Shown here: piece by piece, positions 38,266 to 50,537 of the stretch | Layout: every line of letters begins with the position of its first letter | How positions within the stretch are numbered: position 1 is the first letter of the stretch | Origin: Squalus acanthias | Lineage: Eukaryota | Direction: 5' to 3' | NCBI GenBank assembly: GCA_030390025.1 | Contig: CM059433.1 | Coordinates: 28,336,001-28,400,000, forward strand | DNA length: 64,000 nt | Notes under the pieces: model-generated | Told to the model about the DNA's origin: nothing | What the model saw: the letters and a program-made list of their open reading frames with translations, nothing else | Database searches by the model: none | Made by a program: the position numbers and the translations under genes

Positions 38266-41200
38266 CTAACATAGGGTACCTTCACTCTTCCTGCGCACCT
38301 AGTTCGGAGCTGCACTCGGGGACTACAAATCTATAGCGGGGATCCTCTGACCGACACAGCCTTCGAGTGCAGTTCCCCATCGAGCATGCCTGGTTGATGA
38401 ATTTACCCTTGAATGCCATCATCTAACAAGACACTCTTTTCCAGTGAGGGAGCAATCGTTCCAAGTTTGGTTGCAAAACAAATTCAGACAGTAATTATTA
38501 TAAAGACTCAAATATCTCTCTTTGCGCTGTAACTGCAATTATATTTTAGAATTGGCAGCTGGAGGGAATGTGTTACTGTTGGTGATGATTACTACGGCCA
38601 CACGTTAACGTTTAACGAAATATCAGAGAACTACATTTTTAACGTAGCTCCACGCAGGGTTATTGAACCACCTCATTACGGCCATAATTTCTCACTTCCG
38701 TCCTCCTAATGATCCATGATATATAGATAGATATATAGATATTTTCGATCTGAACTGTACCTGAACAGGGCACTTAAGGCGAAGTCATTGGGTGTGGAAT
38801 TGATCTCATTTATGAGCAGGACTTAAATGAATGACAGGACTCAATCTCCCTTGCCCATTGGATAAATTCTCTATTTAATGGTTTGCCATCAATAAAGGTA
38901 AATGTGTAAGATTTCAGATCAAACCCTAAAGATACTTTTCAAGCCATCGGTGATTTTTAAAGTTCTGTATATTCAGTTTAAAAAAAAAACAAACATGGGA
39001 AAGTGGAGTTGAGGTAGAAGATCAGCCGTGATCTTGTTGAATGACAGAGCAGGCTCGAAGGGCCAAATGGCCTACTCCAGCTCCTATTTCTTGTGTTCTT
39101 GTGTAACATTGAGATATTTTGTAATATTTGCCAAAATAATCCATTTAAAAAGGGTACAAGTTTTGTTGAGGCAGAATGGTAATGACTGACTGTTTTATCC
39201 TGCTTTGCATTTGTGCTCTATTGTTTCAGGGTCTGTAGCTGGAAGACTGCCAGCCCTGTTCACATTCTCACCCTCACCTTCCTATAACAGTAATTGAATT
39301 TGTTTCAATTCTGTTTAATTGATTTCATCAGAGAGCAGGCATTGCTCACTTGCAGTTACTAGTCTCTGTATACTAAGGAACTGCCTGTTTTCAAGCAAAG
39401 CTCAAACTGAAATCCTTAAGTTGAGCGAAGGGAAATGTGCACTGACTTCGTATTCTTGGACCGTAACGTGTCAAATACATTGATGTAATCTATCTCAGTA
39501 AATGAAAACATGTGTTGGTGGTACATCTGTCCCTTCAGAATGCACCTGCTACCAGACGTTAGTGGAAAATGAAATATGTCAGTCTTCATTTATTTGACGT
39601 CTCATACTGTATATCACCAGTTGAGCTAGGTGATATGGCTCAGAATATAGAGAATGGGATAATGTGCACTGATGCAAGAGTACTTTTTCTCATGATTGGA
39701 GAATGTTTCTGTTCTGAACTGGAGTGTTGTATTGTCTGAAGTATTTGTGTGCATGGCTTATTTTTGTAACCCTTCCTTACTCTACCAGTACCCTGATGTT
39801 AATGCATGAGGACAGTGTTGCGATGTATAATTGTATTCAGTATCATGTTTTTCATTGACTAATGTAGTTGTATTTTGTATTTGTCGAATATAATGTTATT
39901 ACTTAATGCTGAATGAACAGCAAGCATCCACAAAACTGGTAACCTTCATGAAATACAAGACCTTTTTTAGAAACAACCTTGCAAGAAAAAGTAATTAAAA
40001 CTGAATTTAAGTAATAGGCTACCATGAGAAAGACTAACGAGGAAGAGGGATGGATCACTCGAGTTGAGCCGTATCCCGTTGTTGAAGCAGTGATCATTAG
40101 AACCTTATCCGTCTGCTCAAAGGAAGACCAGATGAGACTATCGAGGTTGGCAGAAATTTGCAATAAAGAAATGGGAGCTAACCATCCAACTGGAGAGCAG
40201 CCATGCTCCCGACCTTCTGAAAAAGGAAACATCCTAAGATTGTACCCTGGCGTGAGGGGAGAGAAAGAAGACTTCACTTCCAATTAAACCAGTGTTACCA
40301 ATCGTTTTTTAAAACTTTTACCGATAGCTGATTATACTGGGTTAAATTAGTCTGGGGAGAGACCAACAGACAGAGAAGATTTAACTTGCAATTAAACCAG
40401 TGCTGTCGTGAGATTCTCTGTTTATTAACTAATGAAATATATGTACCTGTCATAGTTAGTAATCGAATGAGCATCAGAGAAAAGTAAAAGGAAAATTCCT
40501 CTGTTTCTCTGTTCCTGGGATCCCTTTTTCTAAACCTTTATGAATAGCTGGTCCATACTGGTTTAACAATAAGTAATGTCCCACTTCCATAACTGATTCA
40601 GAGATTGTATTCAACAACAGGGAAGCATGCCTCTTACCTGCCAAGATATTCTGTATCTTGTTTATATCCAGTTGACATTCTACACAGATCACTTCGAATT
40701 ATATTCTGTACCCCCAGTGTTTTTGTTAATCTAAACCATTCGATGTTCCTATTATGCTGTAGCATCGGGAATGTAGGAACAGGAGTCGGCCATTCAGCCC
40801 CTTGAGCATGCTCCACCAATCAATTAGACCATGGCTGATCTGTATCTTAACTCCATCTACCGCCTTGGTTCTGTAACCCTTATTACTCTTGCCTAACAAT
40901 ATGATCTGCATCATGTGTGGTCAGAATTTTAAGAAATTGCCTTTATTAAGTTACGAGGCTTGTGTAAAGCAAATGTCTGGTAAGATAGCAGGTCTTTCAA
41001 AGGAGAGCTGGACGTGTTCCTGCAAGTGGAAGACATCTTAAGTTATAGAAGGTAGGGGGGTTAACTGAGGCTAGTGAAAGCGGTCCCTGTGACTTCCTGG
41101 AGCTTGCTTGATTGCTTTTTATGTGTTGGAGAGAAATTTTGCAGAATTGTTGCTAAGTTGACTAGGTTTTTTCCTCTGCTTTTTGTTTTACCTGCCCAGG

Positions 41201-42650
41201 AAATTGGATCTGGAGGGGGCAAGTGGGGTTGGTGGTGCATGTAGGCTGCACTGTGTCGGGATGGGACAGGTTTGATGGTATTTTCCTTTCTAAGATAGTC
41301 ACCAGTTAATCCAGTAGGGAGTTTAGGAGAAACTTCTTTCCGGGGGAGTGGTGAGAATGTGGAACTTGCTACCACAAGGAGTAGTTTATGCGAATAGCAT
41401 AGCGTAGATGCATCTCGATAAACACGAGAGGGAGAATGGAATAGAAGATATGGGGATGGGTTAGATGAAAAGGGGTGGGAGGAGGCTCATGTGGAGCATA
41501 AACACAGGCGGAGACCTATTGGGCCAAATGGCCTGTTTCTGTGCTGTACATTCCATGTAAAATAAGTCTCAAAGCAACAGATGTCTTTTAAACGACAGAT
41601 ACAATGTATATGAGTTTGTAATGTTTTCTCTCAATATTTGTAAGTAAGTAGTTTATATTGTCTTTTATGAACAGCTGACTAGAAAAGTCAGTTTGAGGAT
41701 CGAGCAGCTGGACTGTGGGTTACAGGTGCGAACAAGAGACTAACTTAAAGGCCAGCAAATCTGTCACAGTTTAGATGGGTTAGGTGACGCTAGATTAAAG
41801 GCTAGAATTGTGTACATGCTTTAGCTCATCAAAGTGAAAAAGTGTGTCGAGAATACCTTAATGAAATTGCTGTAATTATTTTAAATAGCAATTACCATCT
41901 TGATGACTTCCATGTGATTATGCAATGAGCATCGTGATGCACTGTGCAAACTCTGCCTGTCTCCTTGTTTGTGAAATGCCAAATCACCACAAATTGCAAT
42001 GTTTAACAGTACCTGTACACTGGTTCTGACTCTTGCTTTTGTTGCAAGTGTATGCAGATGCCATGATGCATAATTACCAACAGCTGCTAAGAAATTATGC
42101 CCGTCATAGTCTTAGTGTGATGTATTTGGAGAGTGAGTTGATGCTATATTTCATGTTTTCTAATGTTGGTTATTCTATACTTATTATGCAATACTTTGGG
42201 GCATTGTTTGTAAAAGAAAGACTTGCATTTATATAGCGCCTTTCATGACCTCAGGACGTCCCAAAGCGCTTTACTGCCAATGAAGCACTTTCGAAGTGTA
42301 GTCACTGTTGTAATGCGGCAGCCAATTTGCTCACAGCAAGGTCCCACAAACAGCAACGTGATAATGATACAGAGCACTAGAGAATTTGGTGGTACAGTAT
42401 TCTGTGCACTTCTAAAATCTTTATTGTGTCAACGGCTGAAAGTTCATAAATAGCAAAGTAATTCATATATCATCGATTAGAATATTCAAATGATTTAAGG
42501 TAACAATAGTTAGTCTGCTGCAAATGTCTGGGTATCTTCCTTTTCTTTTGAGATGCAGAAAAGCCGGCCAAATTCGGAGTAGGTGTATTGGTGTGACCAT
42601 GTCAGCTTTGATGCCAATTAATTGACTGAAATTGACTGCTCCTTGGGGCC

Positions 42651-43180
42651 AGTTTTACTGAATTGAATGGCAATTTTCCTTGCCCAAAATCATCTGGTTG
42701 GAGCAGAGAGGTGAAGGAAAGCAAAATGTTAAAACGCCATGACTAAGAACAATATTTAAGCTTCTAGATGTATTAATCTAAATGCTTAGTGTTGCATAGG
42801 TTTAATATTAGTCATAAAGCTATGCTGAGATTTGCGTTGCTTTATTATTGTAATGCTTTTTAACTGCCAAGGCGCTTGAAACTTAAAAAACCTCTTGACT
42901 CATGAATGCCAGAATTTCCCTGGGTTTTCAGTCTAAGGTTTAAGGGTTTAGTGAGAACTCAATAATTTAGTCACCTGTGATACAGGATGAATAAATAGCA
43001 CATCACTGAATCCCCCACTGTTTCAGGCACCCTATGCAACACTAAGCATTTAGATTAATACATCTAGAAGCTTAAATATTGCTCTTAGTCATGGCGTTTA
43101 AACATTTTGCTTTCCTTCACCTCTCTGCTCCAACCAGATGATTTTGGGCAAGGAAAATTGCCATTCAATTCAGTAAAACT
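42651..43180. repeat. Inverted repeat: 150-bp arms (42651-42800 and 43031-43180), 230-bp spacer
   Basis: The arms are reverse complements with 2 mismatches by eye. Confidence 0.95.
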
Positions 43181-44179
43181 ATCCCCTTTCCTGTTGACTC
43201 TTTCCCAAACGAAAGGACAGACCGGGTTGTCACTAAAAATGTTGGTAATATGCAACATTGGACATTGGTGCCCCAGCATGTGACCTCCTTGCGTTATTTC
43301 TCATTTTCTTGCTCATTTACACTCTTGCTTTCTAATTTGCCTTTGTTCCTGCTACCGCTGCAGATTGTGGAAGTACTAGTTTCAGATGAGTGGAGTTGCA
43401 ATGTTACCCATGCTTTATCTATGCAAGTCAGTCTGCTTTGTATTCATAGGAACAGGAGGAGGCCATTCATCCCCTCGAGCCTGTTCCGCTATTCAATTAG
43501 GTCATGGCTGATCTGTATCTTAACTCCCTCTACCTGCCTTGGTTCCGTAACCTTAATCCCCTTACCTAACAAATCTTGGGTTATATCATGTTTTCATTTT
43601 AGCCGAGCAGTATAGCTAGGTCTTCCTCCATTATTCTGAAACTGCACCACGTTCATATATATAAAGCCACATCGGTTATAATGTTTGTTGGTCCAAATTA
43701 AACACCAGTTTGAGCCCAAGAACAACCAAGGCAGGTAAGTAAGCAGAGTAACGAATAGCCTTTGCTGCCTTATAGCAGACTGCTATTAGATCTGTAAAAT
43801 ACACACCACTTTTTCATTGTTGTAGGGAAGTGCATCTCTGACCTGTCCAAGATTGTAAATTCACTGCAGAGAGAATTGTGGGTGTACAGTGATAAAGTGC
43901 ATTTACTAATTTGTTTCCAAACTAGAGTGCTAATGAAATTAGGAGGTTTCTATCGCTTGGACTTCAAATACAATATTACAGTTTTAATGCTGTCCATGCT
44001 GCAAGATTAATAACACACCTGAGTGCCTTGTTCTTATTGTTACAATTTATAATTGCCTGAAGCCTAAGTTTGCCTCGGTCAGAAAAGCGCCAATTCATAT
44101 AGTAACAATTGACCGTAAACATGATTTTTTTTTTTAAAAAGCAGGTTTCCTTTAATAATTTAAAGAATACGTTATTATA

Positions 44180-45965
44180 CCTGTCGCAGACCAAGTCGTT
44201 AGCCTACTACTTTGTGGAAAGTTGCCCAATTATGTCCCGTCCACAAAAGAAAGCAGGACAAATGTAACTTGGTCAAATCTTGCCCATCAGTTTCCTCCCA
44301 ACCCTCTGGAAAAGTGATGGCGTAATCAGTGGAGCCATCAAGCGACACCTGCTCATCAATAATGGCTTACACTCCGTTCAGCTTCTGCCAGACCCACTCT
44401 AGTCCAAACCTCCTCATACCCTTGATCCAGGTATGGATGCAAAAGCTGAGCAGCAGACAAGTATTTGACTGAATCTGGCACCAAGGAGCTCTAGCATAAG
44501 TGAAGCCAATGGGGGTCAGTGGCTGGAGTCATAGCTGGCATAAATAAAGATGGGTTGTGGATGTTGGAGGCCAAGCATTGCAGCCCCATGACATCGCTGA
44601 AGGGGTTGCTCAGGGTAGCGTCCTTGGCCCAACCACCTTCAGCTGCTTCATCGATAACTCTTCCCTTGATCATAAGGTCAGGAGAGGGCCTGTTTGCTGA
44701 TGATTCCACAATGTTCAGCTCTACTCAAAACTGCCCCAATAATTAAGCAGCCCATGCCATCCTACAGCAGAAACTGGACAACTTCCAGGCTTGGTCTGAC
44801 AAGTAGCAGCCACTGACCAAATCCAACAAGAATAAGTCCAACCACCACCATCAGTGGCACCACCATCTGATGTGCTCCTTACCACCAACAACCTATGGGG
44901 CACCATTGACCAGAAACATAACTGGACAAGCCATACCCCAACAACATGGCTACAAGAGTAGGGCAGAGGCTGGGTACTGTGCAATGTGTGACTCACCTCC
45001 TGACCCCTCAAAGCCTCTCAAATTTACAACGCTCGAATCGCGAGTGTGGTGGAATACTCGCTTGAATGGGTTTAGCTGAAGGAACACTCGAAGCTTGACG
45101 GTATCCAAAACACAGCAGCCCACTTGGTCGATGCCCCACCACTGGATTCAGTAGCCACCTCCTCCATCACCGGTGAACTGTAGCTGTGGAATGTGCAATC
45201 TACAAGATGCACTGCAGCAACTTACCAAGTTTTTGTCAACAGCGCCTCCAAGCCCCACAACCTCTACCACCAAGAAAAAGAAAGACTTGCATTTATATAG
45301 CGCCTTTCACGACCTCTGGACGTCCCAAAGCGCTTTACAGCCAATGAAGTACTTTTGGAGTGCAGTCACTGTTGTCATGTAGGAAACGTGGCAGCCAATT
45401 TGCGTACAGCAAGATCCCACAAACAGCAATGTGATAATGACCAGATAATCTGTTTTTTGTTATGCTGATTGAGAGATAAATATTGGCCAGGACACTGGGG
45501 ATAACTCCTCTGCTCCTCTTCGAAATAGTGCCATGGGATCTTTTACATCCACCTGATAGAGCAGATGGGGCCTCGGTTTAACGTCTCATCTGAAAGACAG
45601 CACATCTGACAGTGCAGCACTCCCTCAGCACTGCACTGGAGTGTCAACCTAGATTTATGTGCTCAAGTCCCTGGAGTGGGACTTGAACCCACAACCTTCT
45701 GACTCAGAGGCGAGTGTACTACCCACTGAGCCACAGCTGACGAGAGCAGCAAGGTCATGGGAACACAATCTCCTCCAAGCCTCACGCCATTTTTACTTCG
45801 ACATATATCGCCATCCCTTTATTGTTGTTGGATCAAAATCCTGGAATTCCCTACCTAACCCCATCGAGGGAGCAGTATCAAAGACTGCAGCGATTCAAGG
45901 AGAAAGCCCACCACCTCTTCTTCGGAGTAGCTAGGAATGGGTAATAATTGGGCAGCCTTGCCAGT
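44180..45965 (+). mobile_element. Old, diverged copy of the Crack/Daphne-like LINE, interrupted by a SINE
   Basis: GLFADDSTMFS and tacaagatgcactgcagcaac segments; resumes after 45741. Confidence 0.75.
45275..45741 (-). mobile_element. Full-length tRNA-headed Deu-SINE (SacSINE1-like) with L2-derived tail
   Basis: Minus-strand head has A box TGGCTCAGTGG and B box GGTTCAAGTCC. Deu-domain text GATGAGACGTTAAACCGAGGCCCC..GGATGTAAAAGATCCCATGGCACTATTTCGAAG. Tail aaaggcgctatataaatgcaagtctttct is shared with L2. Confidence 0.88.
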
Positions 45966-46867
45966 TTTGCTCTCATTAAATACATATACATACATTTACA
46001 TGTATAGAGCAGTCACCCCACTGCCTCACCTGCCAAACTAAATCTTATCTAAAGCCAGAAAATTCAAGCAACAATGCTTGGTAAAAGTATTTTTAAGAAT
46101 GCGAAGTTCCAAGAAATATCTTTTGTAACCCTTAAAAAAAAAATACTGAAATATTGCTTTTAAGTAAAATTGTGCTCTATGCTGGAGCCTTTTTAGTTCC
46201 TGTTAAGGGTGACTTAATTAGTTAAATTCCAATTAAGCAGGGATTTCCTTTTTGTTGGTTGATTAGCAACCAAAGTATGTGAAGGAGAAAAAGAAAAGCT
46301 TGCTTGTGTTTGTTAAAGATTGGCAGCTACTGCTAAGTAATCTCGGGTTGCAGGTGTTATCCTTTTAGAGCAGGTATTACATATCTCCGTTTCTCATACT
46401 TCTCTTGGTACAGGAGGGCTGTTCCTTTGTCCTTCCTGAAGAACGTAGAACTGTTTGTGAAGAACTTTGGAACCATTTTTCTTCATGCTGGCCCTTATCG
46501 CATTGCTATTTGTGGGATCTTGCTGTTTACGATGAAGCTCTGGAATCGTAGAATTTTACAGTACCAACAGGAGGCTATTCAGCCCTTCGTGCCTTTGTTG
46601 CTCTCTGAAAGAGCTATCCACCTAATCTCATTCCTTTGCCTTTTCCTGCACCCTTATGCTTGACCCCTTTCTGTCTGTGAAGAGGGAAATGAAAAGAGAG
46701 AGACAAGGATATAGGCAAGGAGGCTTTTTGAAACAGAAAGGCAGCAGGGGCAATCAGGCCTTTGAACAGAAGGCTGTGAAAACTTTGAGAAGTCATCAAG
46801 TTAGAATTATTGAAGTCAAATAAGATGACCCCTGCCGTGGAAAAGCGTAGCATATTCATGGAAAGGA

Positions 46868-47135
46868 AGGAAGAACTTGCATTTATATAGCGCCTCAGGA
46901 CGCCCCAAAGTGCTTTACAGCCAACAAAGCACTTTTGAAGTGTAGTCACTGTTGTAATGTGGGAAACACGGCAGCCAATTTGCGCTAAGCAAGATCCCAC
47001 GAACAGCAATGAGATAACGTTGGTTGAGGGATAAATATTGTCCAGAACTCCCTTGCTGTTCTTCGAAATATTGCCGTGGGATCTTTTACATCCACCTGAG
47101 AGGGCAGACGGGGCCTCGGTTTAACGTCCCATCCA
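46868..47135 (-). mobile_element. Deu-SINE partial copy (a further tail-only copy lies at about 42215-42368)
   Basis: Matches 45275-45590. Confidence 0.8.
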
Positions 47136-48329
47136 AAAAATGGATGTACTGATTGAACTAAGTGATCCTGATCATAACTGTTGCTCTGTGTGTTGACCTT
47201 GCTGTGAAAAGAAGCAGCTCAGTGATTTATACTGAACCTTGTCTCACCGAGTGTTTACTCAGTCTGCCTTCAGGCAGATGGAAGCAGCTTTTCTGCAGGA
47301 GACCCAAGGATGCAGTCCAGATCAGAAGAGGATGCGTTTGTGACATCCCTGCGTTACGCTCTAGTGCAGTTAGATATCGGGCAGTGTGAGTCAACTGCCA
47401 GCAAAGTAAAACGCTCGGGCTGCTTATGGAAGTGTCTGACACCACTGAACCTGAGAAGCTATCTACAGCAGCCTCGCATTTTTCCTACAGGATTTCCTTG
47501 AATGGAAGTTGGCCCAGAATTTGCTGGTTAAATAACGGCGAGTTTAATGCGCACGCTGTTTAGTGTGTAAATCGCCACAAGTTGCTGCAAGAGGCAGGAT
47601 ATTCTCATCTAAATGCTGTAAAATGAGTAATGTCCAGTATCCACATGTTTAACCCAACATTATTGAACTGAATTTAGATATAATAAAAAAAAGGTTCTGA
47701 AGATAAACTGACAGTTTATAACTTTCATACATAATCACTGTGATGTATTGTTATTTGTGTTGGACTTGCTTAGAATTTTAACTATGATCATTAACTCAGA
47801 GTATTCAGTAGTAATGCTGAAGCCTACATCTTTTGTGAACTACATGTCTGAAAGCTAGCGGTGATTAACGAGAACCTTGTTGCTTGAAAGGCATCTCCTG
47901 CAATGCATTTGAATTGTTGGTTCAAAGTAATTTGCAGTAACATTAAATGGATGATTTTTCTATGATTCTACGAGTAGTTAGGTAGAATGTACAGCACAGA
48001 AACAGACCATTCGGTCCAACAGATCCATGCCAGTGTTCATGCTCCACAGGAGCCTCCTCCCACCCTACTTCATCTAACTCTGTCAGCATAGGGAGCTAAT
48101 AACTTTGATAGTACAAAAATACAACATAGTTAAAGAAGCTCAAGTTATTTCGATATTTAGAACATACTTTTAATTTTGAAACTGGCATTTGTTGAAGTAA
48201 CTAAGGAATACTGTATGCAATAAGCTGTGGCGATGATTGTTCTGCGATAACTTACTATTGACTGAATATTGGGTTGACATCAAGCAGGATACTCGCGTCT
48301 GGTGAGTATGAGTTGTGAGAGCCCATAAA

Positions 48330-48815
48330 ACAACAACAACTTGCATTTATATGGTGCCTTTATATAGTGAAACATCCCAAGGCACTTCACAGAGTGTTAT
48401 CTGGACAGAATTTGGCATCAAGCCACATGAGATATTAGGACAGGCGACAAAAAGGTTGGTCAAAGAGGTAGGTTTTAAGCAGCGGCTTAAAGGAGGTAGA
48501 GAGGCAGAGAGGTTTAGGGAGGGAATTCCAGAGCTTAGGGCCTAGGCAGCTGAAGACACGGCTGCCAATGGTGGAGCGATGAAAATTGGGGAGTGCGCAA
48601 GAGGTCAGAATTGGAGGAAAACCGAGATCTCGGAGGGTTTTAGGGCTTGAGGAGGTTACAGAGACAGGGAGGGGTGAGGCCATAGAGGGATTTGACCACA
48701 AGGATGAGAATTTTAACAACTGATTTGTTGCTGGACCTGGAGCCAATGTAGGCCAGCGAGCACAGGGATGATGGGTGAACAGGACTTGGTGCGAGTTCGG
48801 ATACAGACAGCAGAA
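48330..48815 (-). mobile_element. L2 LINE 3' fragment
   Basis: Reverse-complemented L2 tail and LWNSLP coding remnant. Confidence 0.82.
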
Positions 48816-50129
48816 TAAAATTAACCACTCTATCAACTGGTATAAAGATGGTTACGGCTTGTTCACATCACGGCCTGTCAGACTGTTAGTCAGCCAGCAA
48901 ATCCTTCCACTACTTTACACTGTTCTCCAAGGGAAGAGTGTGAAGATGCAAAAACAGCAACCTTTTGAATGGACAGCATTAGACATATTCTAATAGTATG
49001 GTTTCCCAATAGCTCGGTGATTAAATGCATCATGTAACATGTTCCTGTGCCACACAGATGAGAACGGTCTCTGATCCAATTTCTGCTGAATTAGCTGATA
49101 CTAGCTTGGGGCAGTGTTGTGCCCCTTTATAGTCGGTCTCATTCTACTCTGGCTGTGAAAGAAGCAGCCAGGCTTGCCATCCCTGATTACCTGATGATTC
49201 CAGTGAGGATATTGGTTGAGGAAATAATCGGGCTGCGCTGTGACATTGATTCCTGCACCTCCTTGTACATGAAAAGTGACACTTGGTGAGGGCTCACGGC
49301 AACTGTGGGACTGCACCTCAAGAGTTAATCTTTAAGAAAGATGGGGAGGAACATTGCCCATAAAGGAATGTTTTAATTTGCTGCTGTACTGTATAAATCA
49401 ATTTGATAGTGAATGAATCTGGTTCAAAGTAAAATTCCTAAATTACAGTAAGATTTTTAAAATATAATCCTTAAATGTAATTTTTAAAATCTAGGCTACA
49501 GAGAGAATACTTATTTAGTTGCATACAGTGGTTGTGTCCATTTCATTTCCCTACTGTATTGGCATGAAGCAATTGGCAGCCTTTGTAAATGAAGGACCAG
49601 TCACTGGGTAGCTTTTTTTAAATTAAGTTATCGCCTCATTACCCAGCGCAAGTGTTGAACTTGGTATTCAAGCCTCTGAACTGTCAACATCTGTTGTAGC
49701 TACTAACATTTTAAAGTCAAATTAATTGTTCGGAAGCATTTTGAACAGTTACTATACCACATGAAGCATTGCGAAGTTCTGACCCTGCTAATCTTTTGGA
49801 GCCAAGTGTGCTGGAGCATGAAATAGATTGAATGCTCAGAATGTGAAGCTCTTGTCTTGCTTCTTTTTCATAATTTAAATACTTCTACTTTGCACGATGA
49901 CAGAAACATGAAGATAAATACACACATGAGTAATGATGAAAATAAGAAACATCAAGACCATACAAGCCATCAAAGCCTATTCCTTCAGACTCAAAAGTCT
50001 TCCATTTTGGCAACCACCTGTAGTTTGAACATGTCTAAAACTTTGTCTTCACATCCCTCACCTAGAAGATTATTTCAAATGGTAAACTGAGTAAATAAAT
50101 TATTTCTAATACGTATTGATCAATTATAT

Positions 50130-50460
50130 ACGTAGAGAAGATGTTTCCACTTGTGGGGAGACCAAAACTAGGGGCCGTAAATACAAGATAGTCACTAATA
50201 AATGCAATAGGGAATTCAGGAGAAACTTCTTCACCCAGAGAGTGGTTAGAATATGGAGCTCGCTACCACAAGGAGTAGTTGAGGCAAATAGTATAGATGC
50301 ATTTAAGGGGAAGTTAGATAAGTACATGAGGGAGAAAGAAATACAATATGCTGATAGGGTTAGATGAAGAGGGTGGGAGGAGGCTCGTGTAGAGCATAAA
50401 CACAGTTATGGGCCAATCGGGCCGAATGGCCTGTTTCTGTGCTATAAATTCGATGTAATA
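50130..50460 (+). mobile_element. CR1 3' fragment
   Basis: RRNFFTQRVVRIWSSLPQ; tail present. Confidence 0.8.
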
Positions 50461-50537
50461 TATGTATTCAGTATGTGGTGCACACAGCTGATTGAGAACT
50501 CATTGTGAGTACCTGCAGTATTTGTTACAGTATTGGT

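Noticed and set aside
39195..39300. Strong-looking acceptor (ttgtttcag|g)
   Set aside because: Downstream translation matches no PRIM2 sequence or protein I recognise; at most a cryptic site.
47270..47501. AG-preceded open stretch containing gcagtccag (AVQ), considered as PRIM2 exon 8
   Set aside because: No frame reproduces LTARSLPAVQSDERLQPLLNHLS and there is no suitable donor at 68 bp; exon 8 is probably beyond the window.
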